A stretch of 64,000 nucleotides of DNA from a virus, in the IMG/VR virus record IMGVR_UViG_3300028844_005756, positions 21,834-85,833 of that record; one strand, given 5' to 3'. A program made the position numbers and the translations under genes. Below the pieces are notes generated by a model, which saw only the letters and a list, made by a program, of their open reading frames with translations, made no database searches and was not told where the DNA came from. Shown here piece after piece: positions 16,957-26,558 of this stretch (position 1 is the first letter of the stretch; every line of letters begins with the position of its first letter).

Positions 16957-17451
16957 ATGAAAAAATTTCTAGCGGCACTTGCTTGTGGTGCGTTCATAAT
17001 TGCCAGCACAGTGCCCGTTCAAGCAGACCCTCTTTTATTTGGTAAAGAACTTCCTCCTCCTCAACAACAGGTAGTTCCAAAAGGAGTACAACCAAATGTA
17101 GATTATCCTACGGTAATGATTGGTCAATTCATGTCATTCTGTATTAATATGATTATGATGAAATTATCCAGCGAAGGTGTACCAAGAAATATAGCTGCGG
17201 AAAATGCTGGATATGTATGTTCTTGTATTATGGATAGTTATCGTGAAGAAAATCAGCAAGCTGAATTTCAATTTGAATTAACAAGAAAAAATGAAGGTGA
17301 TGTTCCATTGTTTAAAAAACATTATACTAACTGTAGTTTATTGAATGCTGAACGAACTGGAAATATGAACATTAACCCAAGAAAAAGCATTTGGGTTAAT
17401 CAACTTAACAAACCAGAAAATATTTTAATAAATTTTAAAGAGAAAAAATGA
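16957..17451 (+). CDS. exported Cys-containing hypothetical protein
   Basis: Signal peptide MKKFLAALACGAFIIASTVPVQA; C..CSC..C pattern. Confidence 0.65.
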   Translation: MKKFLAALACGAFIIASTVPVQADPLLFGKELPPPQQQVVPKGVQPNVDYPTVMIGQFMSFCINMIMMKLSSEGVPRNIAAENAGYVCSCIMDSYREENQQAEFQFELTRKNEGDVPLFKKHYTNCSLLNAERTGNMNINPRKSIWVNQLNKPENILINFKEKK

Positions 17452-18020
17452 GTCGTTTAACATTTCCAACTGTTTTTGCTAAAGAGCAAAATACATATTT
17501 TATTAAAGATAGAATGAGAATGTATTTGTTTGACCACACATCGCAATACATATTTCAACTTTCTTTTGTGTTAGGAGAAATAACTTCTACTGGTCTAGAC
17601 AAGTATGTTTATGAAAAATATTCTGCAAGAGAAAAATTACAAGTTTTTTCAAACGAAGAAATAGTTTTTTCAAGAAGAACATATACTGATTCCAATGGTG
17701 ACACCGTAAATCAGGTTGGTACTGATGGTTATACCTTTTTAAATGATCAACTATTGTATGATGCACAATTAGGATATGATGCTTTTAACATTAATAAGGA
17801 TTTAATTACAGTATCTGCTGGCGGTACATATTCTACATATCCAGAACAATTGGCAGCATCAAAATATATAATGAGAGACAAAGAATGGATAACTAAATTT
17901 GCACAAAAACACTTTTTATTAATATTTAAAGCTAATAATCTAAATCAGACACCAAAAGTTTTATACGGATTTCGTATGAGAGATTTGCGTGACCATCCAT
18001 ATGATAAATTTAAATATTGA
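17448..18020 (+). CDS. hypothetical protein
   Basis: ATGA-coupled ORF, 190 aa. Confidence 0.65.
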   Translation: MSRLTFPTVFAKEQNTYFIKDRMRMYLFDHTSQYIFQLSFVLGEITSTGLDKYVYEKYSAREKLQVFSNEEIVFSRRTYTDSNGDTVNQVGTDGYTFLNDQLLYDAQLGYDAFNINKDLITVSAGGTYSTYPEQLAASKYIMRDKEWITKFAQKHFLLIFKANNLNQTPKVLYGFRMRDLRDHPYDKFKY

Positions 18021-18055
18021 TTAAAAGATTTTTATAATATGAAAGAGATGTTTTT

Positions 18056-18364
18056 ATGAAAGTAGAGAAACTTAAAGAATTAGTTTTTGAAGTTGCGAAC
18101 TGTGAAGAAAATAATAAAAATGGTGGTGTTGGTGGATTATATATATTATTTTCTATGTGGAGAGAAGATAGCACATGGTCTTTTGTGCAGTCATACATTA
18201 CCAAAGAGGGAGTTCACCATATGACCAGAACAATCTCTCAAGAATTGTTGGATAGGCAATATCTTAAATTAACTTATGTAAATGGAAATACAAATGAAGT
18301 TAATATATTATTGAATACAAAAGAATATTATTATATGGAGTCTGAAGATGAAAAAGAAAGTTGA
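18056..18364 (+). CDS. hypothetical protein
   Basis: ORF in operon. Confidence 0.6.
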   Translation: MKVEKLKELVFEVANCEENNKNGGVGGLYILFSMWREDSTWSFVQSYITKEGVHHMTRTISQELLDRQYLKLTYVNGNTNEVNILLNTKEYYYMESEDEKES

Positions 18365-18563
18365 GTTAGATTTTGATATGCCAGAATGGGCAAAATATCA
18401 TGCTGTTGATGAGAATGGTGATTTTTGTGTTTTTGATGAAAAACCTTTTCTAGTTGATAACATTGTAGGTGAAGGGATTTTTGAAACAAAAACTAATTTT
18501 ATGATTTTAGCAAAAAATTGTGTAGTTGATAATTGGAAAGCCTCATTAACTCCTCTTGATTAA
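18348..18563 (+). CDS. hypothetical protein (PEWAKY.AVD..G family)
   Basis: Recurrent phage motif PEWA.Y.A.D..G...W..SL. Confidence 0.65.
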   Translation: MKKKVELDFDMPEWAKYHAVDENGDFCVFDEKPFLVDNIVGEGIFETKTNFMILAKNCVVDNWKASLTPLD

Positions 18564-18577
18564 AAAAAAGGTTTATT

Positions 18578-19654
18578 ATGAAAAAAAGGCGAAAACACTC
18601 TATCATTTCAATGGAACCCCATTCTGTTGAACAACTTTCTGAATTTGATATAGCCAGATATTATAATTATTATCGTATTAATTATACAGAAAAAGATGCT
18701 AGAAATTTTTTATGTGAATTTGTCAAATCAACAAAGAAGCAAGCAATAATTAATAGTCAATCATATATTCCATTGGCATATGGATGGTTGGCTAGAATTA
18801 TTACAAATGGCAATAAAGTTCCTGTTGAGTATGTTGATAAACTCAATCATTATATTGAGAGTATTAAACTACAAAAGAGAAAGGTTGAAAAGCCCACACT
18901 TCTACCAACAATTTCTGCAGAAAGGAAAAATAAAAATAAAGAAAATGATGCATATTCTTTTTTAGAAACACTGATAGATAAATTATACGACACAAAGGGT
19001 AAACACACTATAAGTGCCGAATCTACTATTTTAATGTATGGTTTAAGTAAATCAAATACACAAGTTTTAGCTGAAAATTTAGAACAAGATCATCTAAGAG
19101 ATTTGCGAAATATTCCAAACGATGAAGATCTTCAAGAAGGTTATTCTTTTCTTACTAAAAGACAATTAAACATAATTTTTAAAAATCTAAAGCAAGTAAA
19201 AGAAGAGTTACTATCTGTTAAAAATATTGTAACTTCAGAAAATAAGAAAACACGGGCTATTAAACTTAAACCTATTTCTGAAATTATTAAAAATATAAAG
19301 TTTAAAAATGAAGTTTACGGTCTTTCTACAGTAGAAATAAAGCATCTATTAGGCAAGCGAGTTGCGTATGTAGTGTCTGATGCGAAACGAACTATTCTGA
19401 GATTGGAGTCTAAATCTGGATTTGATGCGAGATCTTCTTTTCTTACAAATGTGGATTCTGCTGAAAAGATTATTGTATATGGTAGATATCAAGAAAGTGC
19501 TGCAATTTATTTGGCAAAAGCAAAAACTGAAAAAGACGCAAAGAATTTAAAAAAGCACATTCGGGTTCGTAGGTATGAACCTATAGAAATTAAAAACAAT
19601 GAATATCGCACTACTGATAAATTCTGTGTTATTCAAAATTATTTAGATTTATGA
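18578..19654 (+). CDS. conserved T4-like phage hypothetical protein
   Basis: YNY, GWLAR, DLQEGYS motifs. Confidence 0.65.
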   Translation: MKKRRKHSIISMEPHSVEQLSEFDIARYYNYYRINYTEKDARNFLCEFVKSTKKQAIINSQSYIPLAYGWLARIITNGNKVPVEYVDKLNHYIESIKLQKRKVEKPTLLPTISAERKNKNKENDAYSFLETLIDKLYDTKGKHTISAESTILMYGLSKSNTQVLAENLEQDHLRDLRNIPNDEDLQEGYSFLTKRQLNIIFKNLKQVKEELLSVKNIVTSENKKTRAIKLKPISEIIKNIKFKNEVYGLSTVEIKHLLGKRVAYVVSDAKRTILRLESKSGFDARSSFLTNVDSAEKIIVYGRYQESAAIYLAKAKTEKDAKNLKKHIRVRRYEPIEIKNNEYRTTDKFCVIQNYLDL

Positions 19655-19664
19655 GGTAACAATT

Positions 19665-20093
19665 ATGTCTTTGAAACCAATTCCTATTATCTTTAAAGAA
19701 ATATCAGATGCTAAAACACATCTAGAAAAAGTTAAAGTTTTAAAAAATAATCGCAATAGTATGGTTGATTTACTATTGGAATTAGCATTTAGTAAAAATT
19801 TAAAAATTAATTTGCCCGATGGTGAACCACCTTATATAAAAACGGGAGAAGCAGATTTATTTAATGCTACTCTTTTATATGCTAACAGAAAGTCAATTGA
19901 ATTGTTTATAAATGAAAATACAATGCATATTCCTCAAGTCAAACGTGAGCAATTATTCATAGATTTATTAGAAAATTTGGATATCAATGAAGCAAAACTT
20001 TTATGTGAAGTTAAGGATAAAAATTTAATTTCTTATCCCGGTATTAAAAAGAAAGTTATAGAAAAAGTTTATCCCCAATGGGAACTTATTTAA
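19665..20093 (+). CDS. conserved T4-like phage hypothetical protein
   Basis: LP.GEPPY, KRE.LFI.LLE.L...EA.LL..VKDK pattern. Confidence 0.75.
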   Translation: MSLKPIPIIFKEISDAKTHLEKVKVLKNNRNSMVDLLLELAFSKNLKINLPDGEPPYIKTGEADLFNATLLYANRKSIELFINENTMHIPQVKREQLFIDLLENLDINEAKLLCEVKDKNLISYPGIKKKVIEKVYPQWELI

Positions 20094-20094
20094 A

Positions 20095-20805
20095 ATGACT
20101 CTTTATATTGCAGCACCTTTTGGAAATTATATTAAAACAGCAAATATTAGAAGTGTGGTAGGTTCTTTTACTGTAGAAAAAAGAACTGGATTATTAAAGC
20201 AGATAGCCACTACGCTAAGATACCATGATGGTGTATGGTATAATGCAATAGGATTAAGAAATCCTGGCATAGAATATGGGTTGAGAAGATATAATGAGTC
20301 AACAGGAGATATATTATCTGTAGCCGCTATCAAATCCGGAGATTGGGAAATCTTAAACAATATTATACCTTTTAATACAGATATTGAATTAAATTTAAGT
20401 TGTCCTAATATAGAACATTTTGATGATTATAATCAAGGCATTGATAAGTTTTTAAATGGAGATAGAAAGGTAATTGCTAAACTATCACCTTTAACAACAA
20501 AAGAAACTATTGTAAGTTTAATTAATCAAGGATTTGATAGTTTTCATTGTTGTAATACATTACCAACAGAAAAAGGCGGTATGAGTGGAAAAGGCCTTTA
20601 TGTTCATATAGAAAGATTAATAAGGATCATAAAGTACTTTAAAAAAGATGCGGATATAATAGCGGGAGGAGGTATTGAAAACATAGAAGATATAAGAAAA
20701 TATAATAAATTAGGAGCAACCTCATTTTCACTCGGTACTGTATGTTTTAATTTGTTTAAACTATTTAATGTGATAAAAGAATATAAAAAAAGTAATCTTG
20801 ATTAA
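20095..20805 (+). CDS. dihydroorotate dehydrogenase-like FMN TIM-barrel enzyme
   Basis: NAIGL.NPG, ELNLSCPN, KLSP, NT, GG.SG, IAGGGI motifs. Confidence 0.8.
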   Translation: MTLYIAAPFGNYIKTANIRSVVGSFTVEKRTGLLKQIATTLRYHDGVWYNAIGLRNPGIEYGLRRYNESTGDILSVAAIKSGDWEILNNIIPFNTDIELNLSCPNIEHFDDYNQGIDKFLNGDRKVIAKLSPLTTKETIVSLINQGFDSFHCCNTLPTEKGGMSGKGLYVHIERLIRIIKYFKKDADIIAGGGIENIEDIRKYNKLGATSFSLGTVCFNLFKLFNVIKEYKKSNLD

Positions 20806-20809
20806 AAAC

Positions 20810-21550
20810 TCACCTAATTTTTCTTGCTGATTTTAATTTTTTCTTTCCTTGGCAATGTGCACGTTGGCTAAACCCCTTGGGGTTATTACAGTCAATGGAC
20901 TTTTTGTATTTCTTAGTCCATTTTTCAGCAATGTCATAAAATTGTTCTCTCAGAGCTTCAGATGCTTCGCCAGTAGGGTTTACATACCAACCATAAAACT
21001 TAGCATTAGGATAATCTTTTTTCAAAGAAACAAAAGAATTTAGATTTGCTTTTGAATCATCGTACATAATGACCTTATCGTAAGTATCCTTGTTCATCAG
21101 AGAAAGAATGATTTTTTTCTTGTTTTCCTCAATAGTTCCACCCTTCATGTTACCGGCACGGTATACATGAACTTTTTTCATATCAATTCCGTACTTACGA
21201 AAGGTATCTAAAAATAATTCTTTATCATCAAAGTCCGCTCTGGCAGTAACCATTACAACTTTATTCCCACGATTGATATCTCTCTTCAATTGTTTCATCA
21301 TAGGAATGATCGGTTTTGCATTATCAAAAAATTCTTTTGCATTGCGAAAGTTCTCAAAATCAAATTCTTCACCGTCCTTGAGTTTATAGTTGGTGAACTC
21401 ATGACTGTTCAGTTCCCTTATTTTTTTCCCATCTTTCATTACTCTAACTTTTGTTGATGTGTGAACCAACGTATCGTCAATATCAAAGACAACTAAAATT
21501 TTAGTGAGTGCCTCTTGCAAATTTAAAAAGAATTGTTTAAAGTTTTTCAT
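20810..21550 (-). CDS. HAD-superfamily phosphatase with capsid-targeting-like N-terminus and basic Cys-containing C-terminal module
   Basis: FDIDDTL, VTAR, K, YDD motifs; MKNFKQF...LQEA. Confidence 0.8.
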   Translation of the reverse strand: MKNFKQFFLNLQEALTKILVVFDIDDTLVHTSTKVRVMKDGKKIRELNSHEFTNYKLKDGEEFDFENFRNAKEFFDNAKPIIPMMKQLKRDINRGNKVVMVTARADFDDKELFLDTFRKYGIDMKKVHVYRAGNMKGGTIEENKKKIILSLMNKDTYDKVIMYDDSKANLNSFVSLKKDYPNAKFYGWYVNPTGEASEALREQFYDIAEKWTKKYKKSIDCNNPKGFSQRAHCQGKKKLKSARKIR

Positions 21551-23439
21551 GTAAAATTGTATACACGGTTATTTAAATGTATTGCACCTTTCGGTGTAAG
21601 TTTTCTTCTGAAAATAGTAAATGCTATGTAGTTTAATTGTTCATCTAGTTTATTCTTTCGTACTTCTTCTGTTTCTTTTTCCAAGTCTTTAAAGAATCCA
21701 GGACCTAAATCTTTGAAATAATCATTCACTATTATATCTATAACTTTTGTTTCAAATTTAGGTTCTTTACTAAAATCGGTTATTGATTTAGTAGAATTAT
21801 GCATAAAGAATCCTTTGATTCCACTCGGCTCATCACTCTTCAATATCTTTTCAAATACTTCCAATTCTTTAGAATCTCCAAAATATTTTGCCATACCAGG
21901 CCAAATATCAACTGCAGCTAATTGTAGTTTCAATGGAACTTCTTTTTTAAGTTCATACCATCTATTTACCCATCTACCTAAGTCACGGACACTTGTATTC
22001 TTTTCTTTAGCTTCCTTTAATGCGAATATAAATGAATCAACATCTAGTTTAGAGTTTTCAAGTTCCATTAATACACGCACATGCATCGGCTCTTTTATGA
22101 ATGCCCACTTATAAAAATAGTTTAGAAATTTAGCATCATCAGTATAATGATGCATTCCAACGGCAGCATCTGGTTCCTTCTTGATTACTTCTTCTAGAAC
22201 ATCTTTGTCTAATTTAACATTGTAATCCTTACATGCTTTATAGAAAGTAGTCATTCTTGTATGCATTGCTACATTTCCTTTTGCATACAAAGGCCTAGTT
22301 TCTTTCATTGGATCGTATTTGTTCCTAATAATATCTTTTAAAATATAGTTAATCTTTTTTTCTTTAGAATCTAGTTTCTTATATTCAATTGCATGTGGTG
22401 TTTTATCCTCATATGTTTTATTATCAATGATATCCAATACTTTATAACCTGCTCTGGATAAAAATACTGCTTGTACAGGCTCTGCCTCATGAATAATTCC
22501 ATAACCACTTCTATCACTAATAGAATCATATCCAATATTAATCAACAAATTAGCCCATGCGTTAGCCGCTGGTTTTGCACCTTTCTTTTCATTTGGTGAT
22601 GGGTCTTTCATTATTACCAAATCAAATTTAAAATCTCTAGATTCTTTTTTAATAAATTTATACGGGTCAGTTTTCATTTCTGCTGGAACTGATTCAACTT
22701 TATCTGGTAAAAAATCTTTTATTTTATCTTTTTCTGTTAAGTCTACTTCTGCATTAAAGCTAGTTGGACCTTCAGCATCCTTTAAAGTATAAACCATATT
22801 GTATGTGTTATCCTTGTCATATTCTTTTGAAGTTGCTGTAAGTTGTTTTACTTTCCTTGCTTGTGCAATTAATCCAGAAACTGTTCTAGTTATGTTCCAA
22901 AATTCAGCACCACGATTTTCAGCCTTTGCACCTTTCATTGAATGCTCAATAACAGACAACATCATATAATACATTAGCTTTTCATTTTTAATATTCAATA
23001 CATCCATCAATTTTTTAGAGGCATACTCAATTATTTTTCTCACATCCTTTTCTAGCATAGCTTGCTTATAATCTCTACCAACATCATTAATATTTTTATT
23101 ACCCTTTCTTTTAAGAATAGCTATTTTAGGTTTTTCTTTTACAAAAGGAACATTAAATCTTTTATATTCTTTACCACCACTATACATTAAATAAACTTCT
23201 TCTAGAGGATATGTGTATACACCATTCGGAGTGTTGAATTTTGATTTGGTGTTCAATCCTACTTGTGCTGATAGTTCACCGCTTTTACCTGTTTCTGTAA
23301 ATTCTTTTGCATTAGATATGAATGAAATAAAAATATCTGGGTCCTTCTCATATTTTAACAATGCCTCAACAGGAAATTGTTTTACATTCAATTCTGGATT
23401 TCTTCTAGCTTCTGTTAAAATAGTTGTAAATGATTTCAT
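21547..23439 (-). CDS. putative internal head protein with ADP-ribosyltransferase-like N-terminal domain
   Basis: MKSFTTILTEA; TPNGVYTYP and GYD...D..G.GIIHEAEPVQAVF motifs. Confidence 0.5.
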   Translation of the reverse strand: MKSFTTILTEARRNPELNVKQFPVEALLKYEKDPDIFISFISNAKEFTETGKSGELSAQVGLNTKSKFNTPNGVYTYPLEEVYLMYSGGKEYKRFNVPFVKEKPKIAILKRKGNKNINDVGRDYKQAMLEKDVRKIIEYASKKLMDVLNIKNEKLMYYMMLSVIEHSMKGAKAENRGAEFWNITRTVSGLIAQARKVKQLTATSKEYDKDNTYNMVYTLKDAEGPTSFNAEVDLTEKDKIKDFLPDKVESVPAEMKTDPYKFIKKESRDFKFDLVIMKDPSPNEKKGAKPAANAWANLLINIGYDSISDRSGYGIIHEAEPVQAVFLSRAGYKVLDIIDNKTYEDKTPHAIEYKKLDSKEKKINYILKDIIRNKYDPMKETRPLYAKGNVAMHTRMTTFYKACKDYNVKLDKDVLEEVIKKEPDAAVGMHHYTDDAKFLNYFYKWAFIKEPMHVRVLMELENSKLDVDSFIFALKEAKEKNTSVRDLGRWVNRWYELKKEVPLKLQLAAVDIWPGMAKYFGDSKELEVFEKILKSDEPSGIKGFFMHNSTKSITDFSKEPKFETKVIDIIVNDYFKDLGPGFFKDLEKETEEVRKNKLDEQLNYIAFTIFRRKLTPKGAIHLNNRVYNFT

Positions 23440-23484
23440 AATACTAAAAAGATTTTTTGATAAATAAATGTATTGGTTATGTTA

Positions 23485-23492
23485 TATTTATA
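23485..23492 (-). promoter_or_regulatory. T4-type late promoter TATAAATA driving the 23439/21550 operon
   Basis: TATTTATA on + strand, 46 nt upstream of the minus-strand ATG. Confidence 0.65.
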
Positions 23493-23513
23493 AAATTTAA
23501 AATGGAGTATCTT

Positions 23514-23765
23514 ATGCCAAGCTATGATTATCACTGTGATACCTGCGAAAATGATTTTGAAATTTTTATGTCAATTTCAAAAAGACATGAACCTATTAAT
23601 GAAGAATGTTCAAAAAATAACTGTTCTCTTAAATTAAAAGTTTCATCACCAACTATCGGTTACGATAATTTTTCTTTAACTGGTAAAAAACCAGATGAAG
23701 GCTTTCGGGATAAGTTAAGAGAAATGAAAAGAAACATTCCTGGAAATACAATTAATGTGGATTAA
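23514..23765 (+). CDS. FmdB-family zinc-ribbon protein
   Basis: MPSYDYHCDTC...C...C; GGAG SD; typical position before phoH. Confidence 0.8.
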   Translation: MPSYDYHCDTCENDFEIFMSISKRHEPINEECSKNNCSLKLKVSSPTIGYDNFSLTGKKPDEGFRDKLREMKRNIPGNTINVD

Positions 23766-23875
23766 TTAAAGGAGGTTTCTAATAGAGAGATATTAAATAG
23801 CTCACTCGGGTTTTATATTCTGAGTGAGTGATAGCAAACCTGAGTAATTCTTGTTAAAACAATACGGAGTTACTT

Positions 23876-24670
23876 ATGTCAAGAAAAAAGACACAAACTT
23901 CTAACCAAAACCGCGGATTGCAATTAAGAGAAATTGAGCCGATGACTAATGCTCAAAATTTATTATTCAATTCTTTTTATGATGGTCATCATGTAATTTC
24001 AATGGGAACGGCGGGTACAGGTAAATCTTTTTTATCTATTTTTCTTGGGTTAGAAGCAGTGTTTGACCCACATTCTCCATACAAAAAAGTTCTCATATGT
24101 AGGTCTTGTGTGCCTTCTAGAGACATTGGTTTTTTACCAGGAACTGAAGAAGAAAAAATTTCTGTTTATAAAAGACCATATCAATCTATTGTGCAAGAAC
24201 TTTTTAAAAGAGATGACGCTTGGGAAATTCTTGAAAAGAAGGGAGTAGTGGAGTTCTGTTCTACTTCTTTTTTAAGAGGAACAACTATAGATAATACAAT
24301 TATCTTTGTTGATGAAATTCAAAATTTAGCTTATAACGAAATTCATAACGTAGTCACTCGCATAGGAAAGGATTCGGCTTTAATTTTGGCAGGAGATTTT
24401 GGACAAATGGATTTAGATATGGAAGAAAGTGGGATTAAAGATTTTTTTGAAATAGCTAAAAAAACAAAAGGTTTTAAAATCGTGGTGTTTCAAGAAAAAG
24501 ATATTGTCCGAAATGATTTTATTAGAGATTATATTATAGCTAAAAATCAATATGATAAAGAGAAAAAAGAAAGGATATTATACAATGGTCACAAAGTACA
24601 AAGAGAACCTTTTAATAATATTGTAGTTGCTGGTCAGCGATATTCTATAGAAGCAACCCCCGTAAATTAA
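23876..24670 (+). CDS. phoH: PhoH-family ATPase
   Basis: GTAGTGKS, IGFLPG, SFLRG, VDEIQN, TRIG, GD..Q.D, DIVR. Confidence 0.95.
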   Translation: MSRKKTQTSNQNRGLQLREIEPMTNAQNLLFNSFYDGHHVISMGTAGTGKSFLSIFLGLEAVFDPHSPYKKVLICRSCVPSRDIGFLPGTEEEKISVYKRPYQSIVQELFKRDDAWEILEKKGVVEFCSTSFLRGTTIDNTIIFVDEIQNLAYNEIHNVVTRIGKDSALILAGDFGQMDLDMEESGIKDFFEIAKKTKGFKIVVFQEKDIVRNDFIRDYIIAKNQYDKEKKERILYNGHKVQREPFNNIVVAGQRYSIEATPVN

Positions 24671-24723
24671 TCTAAATACACAAGGTAGGGGAATTTTAAT
24701 ATTCCCCCAAAACGAGAAAGTAA

Positions 24724-25128
24724 ATGCAAGAATATGAAGACATAGTAAATGATGTTTTAGATTTTTGCAAATCTAGAAAGTATACAGTAGCAGGCATAGA
24801 CAAATTATTTGAACATGAAGATTTTAATATACATAATGATGAAGTTATAGCAAGAATAATGCTTTATAACCATGCTCCATTAATGCTTGAAGTTTATAAT
24901 ACAAATACATTAGGATTGTTTTTTAATCTTTTTGAATGTGATCCATTTTCAGCAAGTTTATTTACTAAAGAATTTTTAGAAAAAAAAGTAGATATAATTT
25001 CTGCATTTGTTGAAATGAAAAATTCAGAAGGAAAAATAACTAAATTACTTTTTGGTGAAAAAGCAGTAGAACAATATGCAAAAGAACGTAAAACTAAATC
25101 AGAAACACCATTATTATTTTTAAATTAA
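24724..25128 (+). CDS. hypothetical protein
   Basis: ORF after CTAAATA motif and GGGGAAT/ATTCCCC hairpin. Confidence 0.6.
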   Translation: MQEYEDIVNDVLDFCKSRKYTVAGIDKLFEHEDFNIHNDEVIARIMLYNHAPLMLEVYNTNTLGLFFNLFECDPFSASLFTKEFLEKKVDIISAFVEMKNSEGKITKLLFGEKAVEQYAKERKTKSETPLLFLN

Positions 25129-25129
25129 A

Positions 25130-26518
25130 ATGCTACCATTTAAAAGTTTTTTAACTGAAGGTATTAAAAAAAATCAAATAGATCAAGTCTTCAGCAACAA
25201 TGATTTCAAAGTTGGTCTTGAATTTGAATTTTACAATGAAAGATTCTTAGAAGATAGCAATCGTCCGAGCGCAGAAGAAACATTACTACTTGGTACACTT
25301 TCTGATTTACTCACTGGTGCAAAGAAAAAAAATAGAAACATATTGAATAATAATCGTAATGTTGAAAAGAACAAAAGAAATAAAATCATAACAGATGATG
25401 ATATTTTAAATGATTTTCAGACAAGAGAACGTAAGATATTATTAGGATATTTCAAAAGACAAGGATTAAATGAGAAAACTGTTGCGGACTACATCTACTA
25501 CATTGTAGCTCAAGCAGGCTCTAGATTTAAAGAGTTGTATTATCCTCAAAATTATAAACAAGATGTATTTGACAGAGTGAAAAGACAACTAAGAAAGTTG
25601 GAAAAATTTATGGATTTGCTGAACGCACAAACAGATGAGAATGTTCCATTTGCAGACGTAAGAAAATTCTATAAGCAAGAAAGAAATTTACCACCATTCA
25701 TCAAGAATCCATTGATATCTAGTAAGCATGGTGCTACTGCAAAAGCAAATAGATGGGCAATTGTAATTGACCAATCAATTTCACCAGCACTCGGTGGTAT
25801 AGAGATGGTAAGTCCTGTGATGAGACCGCAAGAGGCATTAGAAGTAACTGATAAAATGTTCAACTACATTAGAAATGTTGGTAATACAAAATCAATGGCA
25901 TCTGCAGATGAATTTGAAGAATCAGACCCAGATTACAATGTAAGGGATGTGCAATGTGGATTACACATCAACATATCATTTACACCAGAAAGAATGAAAA
26001 AGTTTGATGCATTAAAATTTTTACTCTTCTCTCATGAATCTCAAGTGAATAATAAAAAATTATTTGGAGATAGAAAAGATGCTGAATTTATAGATGGTAC
26101 TTTAAAAGAAATAAAAGATAATTATTTTCGTACTGCAAAAACAGTAAATTTGTCACCAGAATCTTTAGGAAAATGGTTAGATGAAAAAGTAAAAAAGAAC
26201 AATATGAAAACAGGTATAGCAGTATTAGTAAGCACATTACAGCTTTTTGATAAGTATACCAATATCAATTACTCTCACTACAAATTCAGTAATAGAACTA
26301 TTCGCAGAGCAGGTTCAGAACGTATTGAAATTCGTTACTTTGGTGGTGAAGGATATGAGGATAAAATTATGACTTTCAGAAGAGTTCTTGGTGAGTTGTT
26401 ATATGCTCTGGATGTAGCTACAGATCCTGAAAAAGAAAAAGATAGATACTATAAGAAAGTTTATAAAATTTTAAATAGTATAAAAGAGTTTGATAAAGAA
26501 AAATCAAAGCGAAAGTGA
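25130..26518 (+). CDS. putative amidoligase (COOH-NH2 ligase) with capsid-targeting-like N-terminus
   Basis: VGLEFEF, D.SI, GIEMVSP, CGLHINIS, KY..IN, IEIRYFGG; MLPFKSFLTEG. Confidence 0.8.
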   Translation: MLPFKSFLTEGIKKNQIDQVFSNNDFKVGLEFEFYNERFLEDSNRPSAEETLLLGTLSDLLTGAKKKNRNILNNNRNVEKNKRNKIITDDDILNDFQTRERKILLGYFKRQGLNEKTVADYIYYIVAQAGSRFKELYYPQNYKQDVFDRVKRQLRKLEKFMDLLNAQTDENVPFADVRKFYKQERNLPPFIKNPLISSKHGATAKANRWAIVIDQSISPALGGIEMVSPVMRPQEALEVTDKMFNYIRNVGNTKSMASADEFEESDPDYNVRDVQCGLHINISFTPERMKKFDALKFLLFSHESQVNNKKLFGDRKDAEFIDGTLKEIKDNYFRTAKTVNLSPESLGKWLDEKVKKNNMKTGIAVLVSTLQLFDKYTNINYSHYKFSNRTIRRAGSERIEIRYFGGEGYEDKIMTFRRVLGELLYALDVATDPEKEKDRYYKKVYKILNSIKEFDKEKSKRK

Positions 26519-26558
26519 AATTATATGCCAATAAAAACTAATGTAGGTAATAAGAGTT

